From Thermoplasmata archaeon (GTDB lineage Archaea > Thermoplasmatota > Thermoplasmata > Lutacidiplasmatales > UBA184): a DNA stretch of 64,000 nt. This document shows positions 9,054 to 17,582 of the stretch, piece by piece (within the stretch, counting starts at the first letter, position 1; each line of letters begins with the position of its first letter). Below the pieces are notes generated by a model, which was given only the letters and a program-made list of their open reading frames with translations, was not told the DNA's origin and searched no databases. The stretch covers positions 10,607 through 74,606 of the forward strand of contig DASPVQ010000001.1 in NCBI GenBank assembly GCA_035622275.1. The letters are read 5' to 3'. The position numbers and the translations under genes were made by a program.

Positions 9054-10223
9054 GTGCGCGAGGTCGCCGTCCTCGGCGCCGGCATGACGAAGTTCGGCGA
9101 GCTGTGGGACCGCTCGTTCCGCGAGATCGGAATCGAGGCCGGGCTCCAGGCGCTCGTGGACGCGCGGCTCTCCTCCGCCGACCTCGGGGCCCTCTACCTC
9201 GGCAACATGGCCTCGGGCACGCTCATCGACCAGGAGCACATCGCCCCGCTGATCCTCGACTACTCCGGGCTCGGGGGTCGCCACCTGCCCGGCGTGCGCG
9301 TCGAGGCCGGCGGCGCCTCGGGCGCGCTCGCCTTCCACCAGGGCTACCTCGCGGTGGCGAGCGGGCTCTACGACTTCGTGGTCGTCGGGGGGGCCGAAAA
9401 GCTCACCGACGTCCCCGACGCCACCGGCAACCAGATCACGAGCTCCGCCGCCGACCACGAATGGGAGGTCGTCTTCGGCGCTACCCTCCCGGCACTGTGG
9501 GCGCTGATCGCCCGGCGCCACATGCACCAGTACGGCACGACACGCGAGCAGCTCGCGCGCGTTCCGGTGCAGGCGCACGAGATGGGCTCGCGCAACCCCA
9601 ACGCCCACTACCGCAACAAGATCACGCTCGATCAGGTCCTCGGGGCGGGGCCGGTCGCCGAGCCGCTGGGGGTCTTCGACTGCGCGCCGCTCTCGGACGG
9701 CGCGGCGGCGGTCGTCCTCGGGCCGCTCGAGCTTGCCCAGCGCTACACCGACACCCCGCTGCGGGTAGCGGGCTGCCAGGTCGCCTGCGACTCCCTCGCG
9801 GTCCAGCACCGCCGGGACCCGACCACGCTGGACTCGACCGTCGTCGCCGCCCGGCGAGCGTTCGAGCAGGCGCGGCGGGCGCCGGCCGACGTCGACGTCG
9901 CTGAGATCCACGACGCCTACTCGATCAGCGCGCTCGTATCGCTCGAGGACCTCGGCTTCTGCGAGAAGGGCGAGGCCGGCCCGCAGTTCGAGGCCGGGCG
10001 CTTCGCCCCGGGCGGGGCGCTGCCGGTGAACATGTCCGGCGGGTTGAAGGCCCAGGGCCGGCCGTTCGGCGCGGTCGGGGTCGCCCAGATCGTCGAGCTC
10101 GTCCGGCAGCTGCGCGGCACGGCGAAGGAGCGCCAGGTGCCCGACGCCGAGATCGGCCTCGCTCAGGACGTCGGCGGCACCGGCGCGACCAGCGTCGTCA
10201 CGCTGCTCGAACGGGCGAGCTAG
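9054..10223 (+). CDS. acetyl-CoA C-acetyltransferase (thiolase)
   Basis: 389-aa thiolase-like protein (AVLGAGMTKFGE, C-terminal GGLKAxGxPxGA). GTG start 1 nt after the hmgB stop. Confidence 0.9.
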   Translation: MREVAVLGAGMTKFGELWDRSFREIGIEAGLQALVDARLSSADLGALYLGNMASGTLIDQEHIAPLILDYSGLGGRHLPGVRVEAGGASGALAFHQGYLAVASGLYDFVVVGGAEKLTDVPDATGNQITSSAADHEWEVVFGATLPALWALIARRHMHQYGTTREQLARVPVQAHEMGSRNPNAHYRNKITLDQVLGAGPVAEPLGVFDCAPLSDGAAAVVLGPLELAQRYTDTPLRVAGCQVACDSLAVQHRRDPTTLDSTVVAARRAFEQARRAPADVDVAEIHDAYSISALVSLEDLGFCEKGEAGPQFEAGRFAPGGALPVNMSGGLKAQGRPFGAVGVAQIVELVRQLRGTAKERQVPDAEIGLAQDVGGTGATSVVTLLERAS

Positions 10224-10233
10224 CGGGAGGCCG

Positions 10234-10722
10234 ATGTCGATCGCACGCTTCTGGCGCGAAACGCCCCGCCGCTACAACCTGGGCGGCTCGAAGTGCACGA
10301 TGTGCGGCACCGCCTACTTCCCGCCGCGTCTCGTGTGTCCGACCTGCGCCCACCACCGCGAGTCGATCGAGAAGATGGTGCCGTTCCAGCTGTCGGGCGA
10401 CGGCGAGGTGCTGTCGTTCACGATCGTCCACGACCCGGCCGAGGGCTTCGAGATGCAGGTGCCCTACGTCGTCGCGCTCGTGAAGACCGTGGAGGGGCCG
10501 GTGCTGACCGGACAGATCGTCGACATCGAGCCGGAGAACGCGCGCATCGGCCTCAAGGTCCGGGCGACGTTCCGCAAGCTGCGCGAGGAGGGCAAGGCCG
10601 GCGTGATCCACTACGGCTACAAGTTCGCCCCGGCCGAGGAGGTCCCGGATCGGCGGCCCGAGGGGCGGTCCGCCCAGGCCCCGGCCGTGCGGCCCGTGGA
10701 GTCCGACCGGGCGTCCGCGTGA
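10234..10722 (+). CDS. DUF35 OB-fold/zinc-ribbon protein (scaffold of the thiolase/HMGCS complex)
   Basis: CxxC...CxxC ribbon (CTMCGTAYFPPRLVCPTC) followed by an OB-fold. Conserved position after thiolase. Confidence 0.85.
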   Translation: MSIARFWRETPRRYNLGGSKCTMCGTAYFPPRLVCPTCAHHRESIEKMVPFQLSGDGEVLSFTIVHDPAEGFEMQVPYVVALVKTVEGPVLTGQIVDIEPENARIGLKVRATFRKLREEGKAGVIHYGYKFAPAEEVPDRRPEGRSAQAPAVRPVESDRASA

Positions 10723-11495
10723 GCGCGCCCGAGCGACGCGGCGCGGTCCCGCCGCCCGATTCCGAGCCGCCGGCCGACGAGGAGTTCGCGCGCACCTACG
10801 CCGCCGGGTACGCCGAGGGCGTCGAGAGCGCGCTGCGCGAGGTGCTCCAGCACGCGGCCCGCGGCCACACCGCGCAGGAGCTTCGGATCCTCGTGGAGAG
10901 CCGCCTCGCCCGCCTCGAGGAGGAGGTCGAGCTCAAGCGGCGCAGCCTGCTCGCACCGCCACGGCGGCCGGCGTGGGGCTCGCTGCTGCGCGCCCCGCAG
11001 CCGACGCGCGCCTGGTCTCCTCCGTTCGGGGGCACGACCGCCGCCCCGAGCCGCATCGGGGCGGGCCGCAGCCTCCTGGTCCGGGAGGAGCGACCCGCGC
11101 GCGCGGTGGAGATCCTGCGCGCGAGCGTCCACGATTTCCCCCGGTGCGCGATCGTGTCGCTGCGACCTCCCGAGCTGCCCGGCGTCTCGCCCGAGCGTCG
11201 GATCGACATCAGCCCGGGAGGGCCGGAGCCCGGCGCCGGCGGGCGGCTCTCCCCGGGGGAAATCGGTGGGCACCTGCGGGCCCCCACGGAGGCGCCCGGC
11301 GGCGCCCTCGTCTACGTCGACGCGCTCGAGTACCTCGCCGGAGAGTACGGGCTCGAGCTCACCCTCAAGTTCGTCCACTGGCTCGTCGGCCAGGTCGAGC
11401 AGACCGCGAGCGCGCTCGTCGTCTCCTTCGACCGGCGCTCGCTGGACAGCCGCGAGATGAGCCGCCTCGAGCGCGCGTTCCAGCAGCTCGTGTAG
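10719..11495 (+). CDS. DUF835-like domain protein
   Basis: GTGA overlap with the DUF35 stop. C-terminal ALVYVDALEYL...LKFVHWLV...LVVSFD resembles the archaeal DUF835 domain. Confidence 0.55.
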   Translation: MSAPERRGAVPPPDSEPPADEEFARTYAAGYAEGVESALREVLQHAARGHTAQELRILVESRLARLEEEVELKRRSLLAPPRRPAWGSLLRAPQPTRAWSPPFGGTTAAPSRIGAGRSLLVREERPARAVEILRASVHDFPRCAIVSLRPPELPGVSPERRIDISPGGPEPGAGGRLSPGEIGGHLRAPTEAPGGALVYVDALEYLAGEYGLELTLKFVHWLVGQVEQTASALVVSFDRRSLDSREMSRLERAFQQLV

Positions 11496-11553
11496 CGCCG
11501 GCCGAGCGCTGCCGCACGACCCATAAGCTTTCGACCCCTGCCGGCGAGCCCCG

Positions 11554-12780
11554 ATGCGGTCGCGGATGGAGATCGCCTTCTACACCGACTCCTACGTCCC
11601 GATGCAGGACGGGGTCGCGGTCGTGAGCGCCGGCCTCGCCCGCGCGCTTCGGCGGCTCGGTCACGGCGTGCGGGTGTTCGCCCCCAATCCGGTCGTCGGG
11701 CGTCCGACCGAGGAGGGCGAGGAGGACGGGATCCCGGTGACGCGGGTCCGATCGCTGCCGGTACCGCTCTACGGCCAGTACCGCTGGCCGCTGAACCCGC
11801 TCGCCCTGATCCGCGAGCACCGCGGCGCCGCCGACGCCGACCTCCTCCACCTGCACACGCCCGGCGGGATCGGCAGCGCCGGTTTCCTCGCCGCCCGGCG
11901 GTTCGATCGGCCGCTGGTCGGCACGTTCCACACGAACCTGAAGGAGATGCGCGAGAGCGTCCCGCAGAAGTTCCTCGTGCCGACCTTCTTCCGGATCGCC
12001 TGGTGGTACAACCTCGGGACGTACTGGCGCTGCGACGTTGCGACCGCCCCGAGCCGCGCCGCGCGCGAGGCGCTCGAGGAGGCCGTCCGCAAGCCGTTCC
12101 GCCGGCCGGTCGAGGTGGTGCCGAACGGCGTCGACGTCGACCGGTTCCGGCCGGGCCTGTCGGTCCCCGACTGGCGCGAGCGCTGCGGGCTCCCGCGCGA
12201 TCCCCTCGTCACCTACCTCGGACGCCTGACCGTCGACAAGGGGGTCCACCGGTTCCTGGACGCGCTCGCAGCGGCGGCCGGCGCGACCGACCTCGTGGGC
12301 GTCGTGGGAGGCGCGGGGCCGGAGGCGGGGGCGGTCCGCGATCGGATCCGCGCCGACCCCCGCCTCGCCGGCCGGGTCCGCTACGTCGGGCCGGTCGCCG
12401 AGGTGGAGAAGCCGTCGCTCCTCAGCCAGACCGACCTGTTCGTCCTCCCGTCGACCAGCGACACGTCGAGCATCGCGCTGCTCGAGGCGATGGCGTCGGG
12501 CGTCGCGGTCGTCGCCCCGGCCGCGGGCGGCGCCGCCGAGGTCGTCGCGGACGGCGTCACCGGCCGTCGCGTCCCCGTCCTGGAGGCCGGAGCCCTCTCC
12601 GCGGCGGTGCGCGATCTGCTCGACGACCCAGCCCGGCGGGAGGCGATGGGGCGCGCCGCCGCCGAGGAGGTCCGCCGGACCGCGTCGCTCGACACGATGG
12701 CCCGTCGCTTTATCTCTCTCTACGAGCTAGCAATCGCCGCGAGGGGTCGCGGTGAGCGCCGTTCCGCTGTCCGAGCTTGA
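11554..12780 (+). CDS. glycosyltransferase family 4 (GT1-fold)
   Basis: 408-aa protein with an EAMAxG motif in the C-terminal half and a GT4 N-domain. An ATAAGCTT element lies ~25 nt upstream. Confidence 0.85.
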   Translation: MRSRMEIAFYTDSYVPMQDGVAVVSAGLARALRRLGHGVRVFAPNPVVGRPTEEGEEDGIPVTRVRSLPVPLYGQYRWPLNPLALIREHRGAADADLLHLHTPGGIGSAGFLAARRFDRPLVGTFHTNLKEMRESVPQKFLVPTFFRIAWWYNLGTYWRCDVATAPSRAAREALEEAVRKPFRRPVEVVPNGVDVDRFRPGLSVPDWRERCGLPRDPLVTYLGRLTVDKGVHRFLDALAAAAGATDLVGVVGGAGPEAGAVRDRIRADPRLAGRVRYVGPVAEVEKPSLLSQTDLFVLPSTSDTSSIALLEAMASGVAVVAPAAGGAAEVVADGVTGRRVPVLEAGALSAAVRDLLDDPARREAMGRAAAEEVRRTASLDTMARRFISLYELAIAARGRGERRSAVRA

Positions 12781-13810
12781 TCGCCTGGCGCGCACGCTGG
12801 GCGGCGATCGCCACGACGCCTTCAGCGAGCGGGCGCTCGCCCGGGCCTACGAGGAGTACCGCTCCCGCCCCCGGCCCGCGCTTGCGGCCGTGAGCCTCGT
12901 CTCCGACGGGCGGCCGTTCCCGAGCCTCGCGGCCCTCCTGATGGACCCGGCCGCCCGGTTCGACTCGGGCGAGCTCACGCTCGCCTCGGCCCCGGCCCCG
13001 GGGTCGGCCTGGAGGTTCCTCGTCCCGTTCGAGCGGCTCGTCTTCTCGCCCGACGGCTCGGTGGAGCTGCATCCGGCCGACGGGGCCCCAGCGGTCCGCG
13101 GGATCGCGCGCGCGCTCCTGCGCGAGCACTACCTCGTCCGCTCCCAGGCCGAGGAGGAGCAGGGCGCCTCGGGCGGGCCCCGCGTCGAGCTGCGCGGCCT
13201 GCGCGGCACGCTCGCCGAGGCCGCGCGGGTGTGCCGCGAGGCGCGGATCATCCCGTTCGGTGTCGCGATCCTCGTCTACCTCGCCGACGAGCGGGTGCGC
13301 TTCGAGTTCGACGCGGTGCACACGACGCTCCTGCCCGACCCCCGGGCCGGACGCCTCAGCCCGACCCGGCGGACGCGGCGCAGCGCGCGCCTGAGCTGGG
13401 CGGTCGACGGCTACGTCGCCCGATCCGACCTCTCGGTGCTCGGCGCCCGGTGCCTGGAGATCCTGGTCGAGTCGCCCGGTCTCACCTCCGTCGAGCTGTC
13501 GTACGTCTTCGGCGGGGTCCGCGAGCTCGTCGACTCGGCGCTCCAGGGCCTCGTCCAGCATGGGATCATCTCCTTCGACCACCGGACCGGCACCTACCGC
13601 GCGCGACTCGAGGCGTTCCAGGCCGCCGGCCCCGCCCCCTCCCTCGAGCCGGGCGGCCCCCCCGGCGACCCGGCGCTCCGCACGAGCGTCCAGGAACTGA
13701 TCGCGGCGGCGGACGCGCGGGCCACCTGCCCGCTGTGCGGGCGCCCGCTGCCGGCCGGCCCCAAGACGATCCTGTGCGACGAGTGCGCCGCGCGCGTCGG
13801 CGCCGCCTAG
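12752..13810 (+). CDS. hypothetical protein with C-terminal winged-helix-like region and CxxC...CxxC zinc ribbon
   Basis: 352-aa ORF. Its GTG start overlaps the GT4 3' end by 29 nt. No family recognised. Confidence 0.5.
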   Translation: MSAVPLSELDRLARTLGGDRHDAFSERALARAYEEYRSRPRPALAAVSLVSDGRPFPSLAALLMDPAARFDSGELTLASAPAPGSAWRFLVPFERLVFSPDGSVELHPADGAPAVRGIARALLREHYLVRSQAEEEQGASGGPRVELRGLRGTLAEAARVCREARIIPFGVAILVYLADERVRFEFDAVHTTLLPDPRAGRLSPTRRTRRSARLSWAVDGYVARSDLSVLGARCLEILVESPGLTSVELSYVFGGVRELVDSALQGLVQHGIISFDHRTGTYRARLEAFQAAGPAPSLEPGGPPGDPALRTSVQELIAAADARATCPLCGRPLPAGPKTILCDECAARVGAA

Positions 13811-13821
13811 GGACGGCGCGA

Positions 13822-13928
13822 CGGGCCTGTCGGGATGCTCCGCTCCGGGCGGGGGGCGCCCGGAGCCTTTGAACCCGAGTTCGCTGGCTTAGAAGGCCAG
13901 TGCTTTCTCCCAGCTAAGCTACAGGCCC
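13822..13928 (-). tRNA. tRNA-Arg (anticodon TCT) with a putative 32-nt intron in the T-loop (intron ~13836..13867)
   Basis: The reverse complement gives acceptor GGGCCTG/CAGGCCC, D-stem GCTT/AAGC, anticodon arm CTGGC-CTTCTAA-GCCAG and T-stem TCGGG...CCCGA. The T-loop TTCAAA|T is interrupted by a perfect 10-bp GC hairpin (GCTCCGGGCG-CCCCC-CGCCCGGAGC). Confidence 0.65.
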
Positions 13929-13933
13929 GCGCG

Positions 13934-14578
13934 CTAGACGGTGGTCGCTTCCTTAACCCTTCGCCCGGTCCCGCGCCGGACCGTCACCGTCCCCCGGGCC
14001 CGGCGGGGGCCGGGCCGGTCGGCGGACGCGACGAGGTGGGCGAGCCGCAGCGGCTCCGGCCAGAAGCCGCGCACCCGAGCGCGTCGCACCAGCGCGATCG
14101 CCTCGGCGCGCCGGCACCCGACGGCCGTCGCGAGCAGGGGAGCGCCGTCGGTCGGCACCCGGAAGAGCCGGTGCGCGCGCAGCAACCGCCAGCGGCGCGC
14201 CGCATCGGTCCCGAACCAGGTCGAGAGCGCGGCGCGGATCCGGGGAAAGTCGGGCGGCCGACGGGTGAGCGCCACGACGGGGAGGCCGAGGCTCTGTCCG
14301 ATCGCGTCGAGGTCGAGGACGTTGAAGCCGCCAACGACCGCGCCGTCGAGCAGGAGGGCCCGCACCCCGTCCAGCGGACCGGTCGACCGCACGAGCGCGA
14401 TCACGGCCTCGGTGCCGTCGCGGCCGTCGACCCGAACGCGGCCGCGGCGGACCGACTCCACGTAGCCCGGCAGCGACACCACCACCGCGGCGAGGGGGGC
14501 GAAGCGGGCCCGTCGATCGAACGCGCCGTCGTCCACGGCGACCAGGCGCGGGTGCGGCTTGGCGAGCGCGCGCCGCAA
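13934..14578 (-). CDS. DUF99 (UPF0215) family protein
   Basis: LVAVDDGAF, VDGxDGTEAV, LDGAVVGGFNVLD and PEPLRLAHLVA signatures. TTG/GTG start near 14578 is uncertain. The upstream 1.5 kb of ORF 13934..16054 is rejected as a spurious extension. Confidence 0.7.
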   Translation of the reverse strand: MRRALAKPHPRLVAVDDGAFDRRARFAPLAAVVVSLPGYVESVRRGRVRVDGRDGTEAVIALVRSTGPLDGVRALLLDGAVVGGFNVLDLDAIGQSLGLPVVALTRRPPDFPRIRAALSTWFGTDAARRWRLLRAHRLFRVPTDGAPLLATAVGCRRAEAIALVRRARVRGFWPEPLRLAHLVASADRPGPRRARGTVTVRRGTGRRVKEATTV

Positions 14579-14611
14579 GGCTAAGAGGCCCGCGACGCTC
14601 GCCGCCGCGCG

Positions 14612-15529
14612 ATGGGCGCGACGACCGTCTACGTCCGCTGCCCGAACTGCGGCGGAGAGATCCGGGCGACGCTCGCGCCCGGTCCGCCGACCCAGTGGTT
14701 TCCCTGCCCCCACTGCCGGGCGCCGGTGCCGGTCGTGGCCCCCCGCGACCCACCCCCCCTCTACACGTGGGAGGTGATGCCGGGGCTTTACCCCGCTCTG
14801 CCGAGCCCGCGCCTGCCGCGTCGTCGCTCCGGGCGCCCGATCGCGGTCACGCTGATCGCGATCGCCGTCGTCGCGGCGGCGCTGGCCGGGGTCCTCGCCT
14901 ACGACGGCTGGCTCGCGGTGCAGCCGGCGAGCTTCGCGGTCGCCGGCACGGTCGAGCACGCCGAGAACGGGCTCCTCGTCCCGATCGCCGGGGCGACGGT
15001 GCGCCTGACGAACGACGCGAACCAGTCGACCTCGCTGACGACCGGCCTGAACGGCGGATTCGCCTTCGCCGGCGTCCCGCCGGGCGGCGTCAGCCTGAAC
15101 GTCAGCGCGGTGGGCTTCTCGCCGGTGACGGTCACGACGTTCGTCTCGTCCGTGTACGCGGCGCCGGCGACGGGGCTCATGGTCGAGCTGAGCCCGGGCG
15201 GCGCGAACAACGGCACGGCGGTGGCGCTCGCCGCGTTCCCGGACCTGGAGCAGTTCGAGGCCGCCCTCGGGAGCGGCGCGGTCCTGCTCGCGATCGTGAC
15301 CGTCGTCGCGGGCGCCGCGGCGGTCGCCACCGACCGCGACGAGCGGCCCGCGCTTTCGGTGGTCGGCGGCGCCGCGGGGATCCTCTCGCCGTTCGTGCTG
15401 TTCTACCTGTCGCTGTCCAACGTCTTCCCCCTCCTCACGCTCGCGACGGCGGCGCTCGCCGGCGCCGGCACGGTCGTGGTGGGCGTGCGGGCGGCCCGTC
15501 TCGCCGAGACCGGACCGGCGGCCGACTAG
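14612..15529 (+). CDS. membrane protein: N-terminal zinc ribbon, TM helix, carboxypeptidase-regulatory-like beta domain, C-terminal TM helices
   Basis: CPNCGG...CPHCRAP ribbon. VAGTVEHAENGLLVPIAGATVRLTN...GLNGGFAFAGVPPG resembles a CarboxypepD_reg fold. Hydrophobic stretches flank it. Confidence 0.6.
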   Translation: MGATTVYVRCPNCGGEIRATLAPGPPTQWFPCPHCRAPVPVVAPRDPPPLYTWEVMPGLYPALPSPRLPRRRSGRPIAVTLIAIAVVAAALAGVLAYDGWLAVQPASFAVAGTVEHAENGLLVPIAGATVRLTNDANQSTSLTTGLNGGFAFAGVPPGGVSLNVSAVGFSPVTVTTFVSSVYAAPATGLMVELSPGGANNGTAVALAAFPDLEQFEAALGSGAVLLAIVTVVAGAAAVATDRDERPALSVVGGAAGILSPFVLFYLSLSNVFPLLTLATAALAGAGTVVVGVRAARLAETGPAAD

Positions 15530-16035
15530 GCCGATCCGGGGGGGTTGGGGGCCCCCCGCCCGGCGGGGATCCCGCGCGCCGGCGCCGCGATCGGACGGCG
15601 GTTGCGGTAGCCGCCCCCGATCGGGTGGAAGAAGGCGACGCGCGCCTCGCCGCGCTGCCAGCAGAGGAAGACGAGCTCGCCGCCCTCCAGTCCGTAGAAA
15701 TCGACGAGGCCGCTCTCCAGGTCCTTGAGCTCGATCCCTTCCGCGCGCAGCCCTCCGATCGCCTCCTCGAGGCGGTGGGTCAGGTTCGTCCACTCCGCGT
15801 CGAGGCGCTGCTTGAGCTCGTGATCCGCCTGGTCCGACGCGTCGACATCCGCGCCCCAGAAGCCGACGAGCCGCTGGACCTCCGCGTGCACCTCGCGCAG
15901 GCGGACGACCCAGCCGCGCAGGCGGGGCAGCAGCTCCTCGAGCTCCGGGATCCGGCCGCTCGCCTCCTCGGCCGTCCACAGGCGGGGCGGCGCGGAACGC
16001 TCCGTTCCGCGGCGGTCCGCCGAGCGCGCTGTCAC
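15526..16035 (-). CDS. conserved hypothetical protein (DUF2203-like)
   Basis: 169-aa ORF with GTG start. Coiled-coil N-terminus and a GIELKDLESGLVDFY motif. A GTAAATAG element lies ~35 nt upstream. Confidence 0.55.
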   Translation of the reverse strand: MTARSADRRGTERSAPPRLWTAEEASGRIPELEELLPRLRGWVVRLREVHAEVQRLVGFWGADVDASDQADHELKQRLDAEWTNLTHRLEEAIGGLRAEGIELKDLESGLVDFYGLEGGELVFLCWQRGEARVAFFHPIGGGYRNRRPIAAPARGIPAGRGAPNPPGSA

Positions 16036-16067
16036 GGGGTTTCCTCGTCGGCAAGAATACGGTCCCC

Positions 16068-16075
16068 CTATTTAC
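16068..16075 (-). promoter_or_regulatory. GTAAATAG TATA-like box upstream of 15526..16035
   Basis: Resembles the TTAAATAGGG box upstream of rpl3. Confidence 0.35.
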
Positions 16076-16119
16076 GCCCGCGAGAGCGCCCGGGTAACCG
16101 CGCGGAGCGCGGCCGGCGA

Positions 16120-17361
16120 CTACGTCGGCCCGAGCGCGACGCGCTCGATCGGCCAGCCCCGGCTGCGGTACGCGCGCTCGACGGCGTCACCGTGGAGGGC
16201 ATCGCGGACCTCGAGCTCGACCTCGACCGTGACCTCGCCGGGGGGCCGGTCCGGCGACTCGCGGCCGTGGTAGATGTGCCGCACGTTTGCCCCGCCTTCG
16301 GCCGCGACATGCAGGAACGCCTCGAGGCGGCCGGGCTGGTCGCGGAGCGGCGCGCGCAGCCGGAGCAGGCGACCCTCGGCCGCGAGGCCGATGAACAGGA
16401 TGCGGTCGAGCAGGAACGGGTCGATGTTCCCGCCGCTCACGACGAGCACGGTCGGGCCCGGATCGGCCAGCGCCGGCTGCTCGAGGAGCGCCGCGAGCGG
16501 CGTGGCGCCGGCCCCCTCGGCGAGGACCTTGGCCTGCTCCAGGAGGAGGAAGGCGGCGCGCGCGATCGTCCGGTCGTCGACGACGACCGCCCGCGCCCCC
16601 GCCGCCTTCAGGATCGCCAAGGGCAGGTCGCCGATCTGGCGCGTCGCGAGCCCGTCGGCGAAGGTCGCGGGCCGCGGGCCGACCACGACCCGTCCACGCT
16701 CCAGGGACGGACGCAGGTTATCGCACCCCTTCGGCTGGACGCCCACAAGCTCCGCCGCGTGACCCCGGCCGCGCACGGCGGCGGCGATCCCTGCGAACAG
16801 GCCGCCGCCGCCGACCCCGACGACGATCCGCCGCACGGTCGGTAGGGCCTCGAGGATCTCGAGGCCCACCGTGCCCTGTCCGGCGATCACCGCCGCGTCG
16901 TCGTACGGGTGCACGTAGGTGAGCTGGTCCTCGCGGGCGAGCCGCACCGAGTGCTCGTGGGCCTCGTCGTAGTCGCTGCCCCGCAGCACGACCGTCGCAC
17001 CGAGAGCCTCGGTGAGGTGGACCTTGAGCGGGGAGGCGTTCTCCGCCATCACGATCGTCGCCGGCACCCCGCGCGCTCGAGCCGCCCAGGCGACCCCCAG
17101 CGCGTGGTTGCCGGCGGAGGCGGTGATCACGCCGCGCTTCGCTTCCTCCTCGGAGAGGCGCGCGATGCGGTTCGTCGCCCCCCGCAGCTTGAACGCCCCG
17201 GTCCGCTGCAGGTTCTCCAGTTTCAAGTAAACCGGCGTGTCGGGCAGGCCGGGCAGCCGGGGCGCCAGCACGAGCGGCGTCGGCGCGATCGAGGGCGCGA
17301 TCGTCCGCGCTGCGGCCTCGATCTCCGCGAGCGTCACGGGGAGCGCAGGACCGCCGGCCAT
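16120..17361 (-). CDS. ilvA: threonine dehydratase / threonine ammonia-lyase (PLP-dependent, with C-terminal regulatory domain)
   Basis: FKLRGA Lys motif, SAGNHALGVA, GVGGGGL glycine loop, ~80-aa C-terminal ACT-like domain. Confidence 0.85.
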   Translation of the reverse strand: MAGGPALPVTLAEIEAAARTIAPSIAPTPLVLAPRLPGLPDTPVYLKLENLQRTGAFKLRGATNRIARLSEEEAKRGVITASAGNHALGVAWAARARGVPATIVMAENASPLKVHLTEALGATVVLRGSDYDEAHEHSVRLAREDQLTYVHPYDDAAVIAGQGTVGLEILEALPTVRRIVVGVGGGGLFAGIAAAVRGRGHAAELVGVQPKGCDNLRPSLERGRVVVGPRPATFADGLATRQIGDLPLAILKAAGARAVVVDDRTIARAAFLLLEQAKVLAEGAGATPLAALLEQPALADPGPTVLVVSGGNIDPFLLDRILFIGLAAEGRLLRLRAPLRDQPGRLEAFLHVAAEGGANVRHIYHGRESPDRPPGEVTVEVELEVRDALHGDAVERAYRSRGWPIERVALGPT

Positions 17362-17525
17362 CCGGATCGGTCCGCCGGACCGGAGCCGCGCGCTTAATCG
17401 TTCGGGTCGGTCCGATCGGCTCCGGCGCGGCCGACTCCTCTACGCGCGCGTTCGAGCGCGCCGGCCCCGCGCGGGCGCCGGAACGGCGCCGCTCTGTCGG
17501 TAAAACATCAATTTTGCGGCAGCGC

Positions 17526-17532
17526 TTAAATA
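17526..17532 (+). promoter_or_regulatory. TTAAATA box upstream of the rpl3 operon
   Basis: A/T island 51 nt upstream of ATG 17583. A GGAGG sequence lies between them. Confidence 0.5.
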
Positions 17533-17582
17533 GGGCACATTTCTCCCCCGTCCCCACCGGAGGCAGGACCCCCTATCGACCC

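Noticed and set aside
14578-16054. Upstream 1.5 kb of the 706-aa minus-strand ORF 13934..16054, and the plus ORF 14695..16845 (716 aa)
   Set aside because: Only the last ~215 codons match DUF99. The remainder is RG/RP-rich and overlaps the well-supported membrane protein 14612..15529, the DUF2203-like gene and ilvA, so it is a high-GC read-through artefact.
17440-17470. GCGCGCGTTCGAGCGCGC hairpin resembling a tRNA T-arm
   Set aside because: There are no acceptor, D or anticodon arms around it. It is interpreted as an inverted repeat only.
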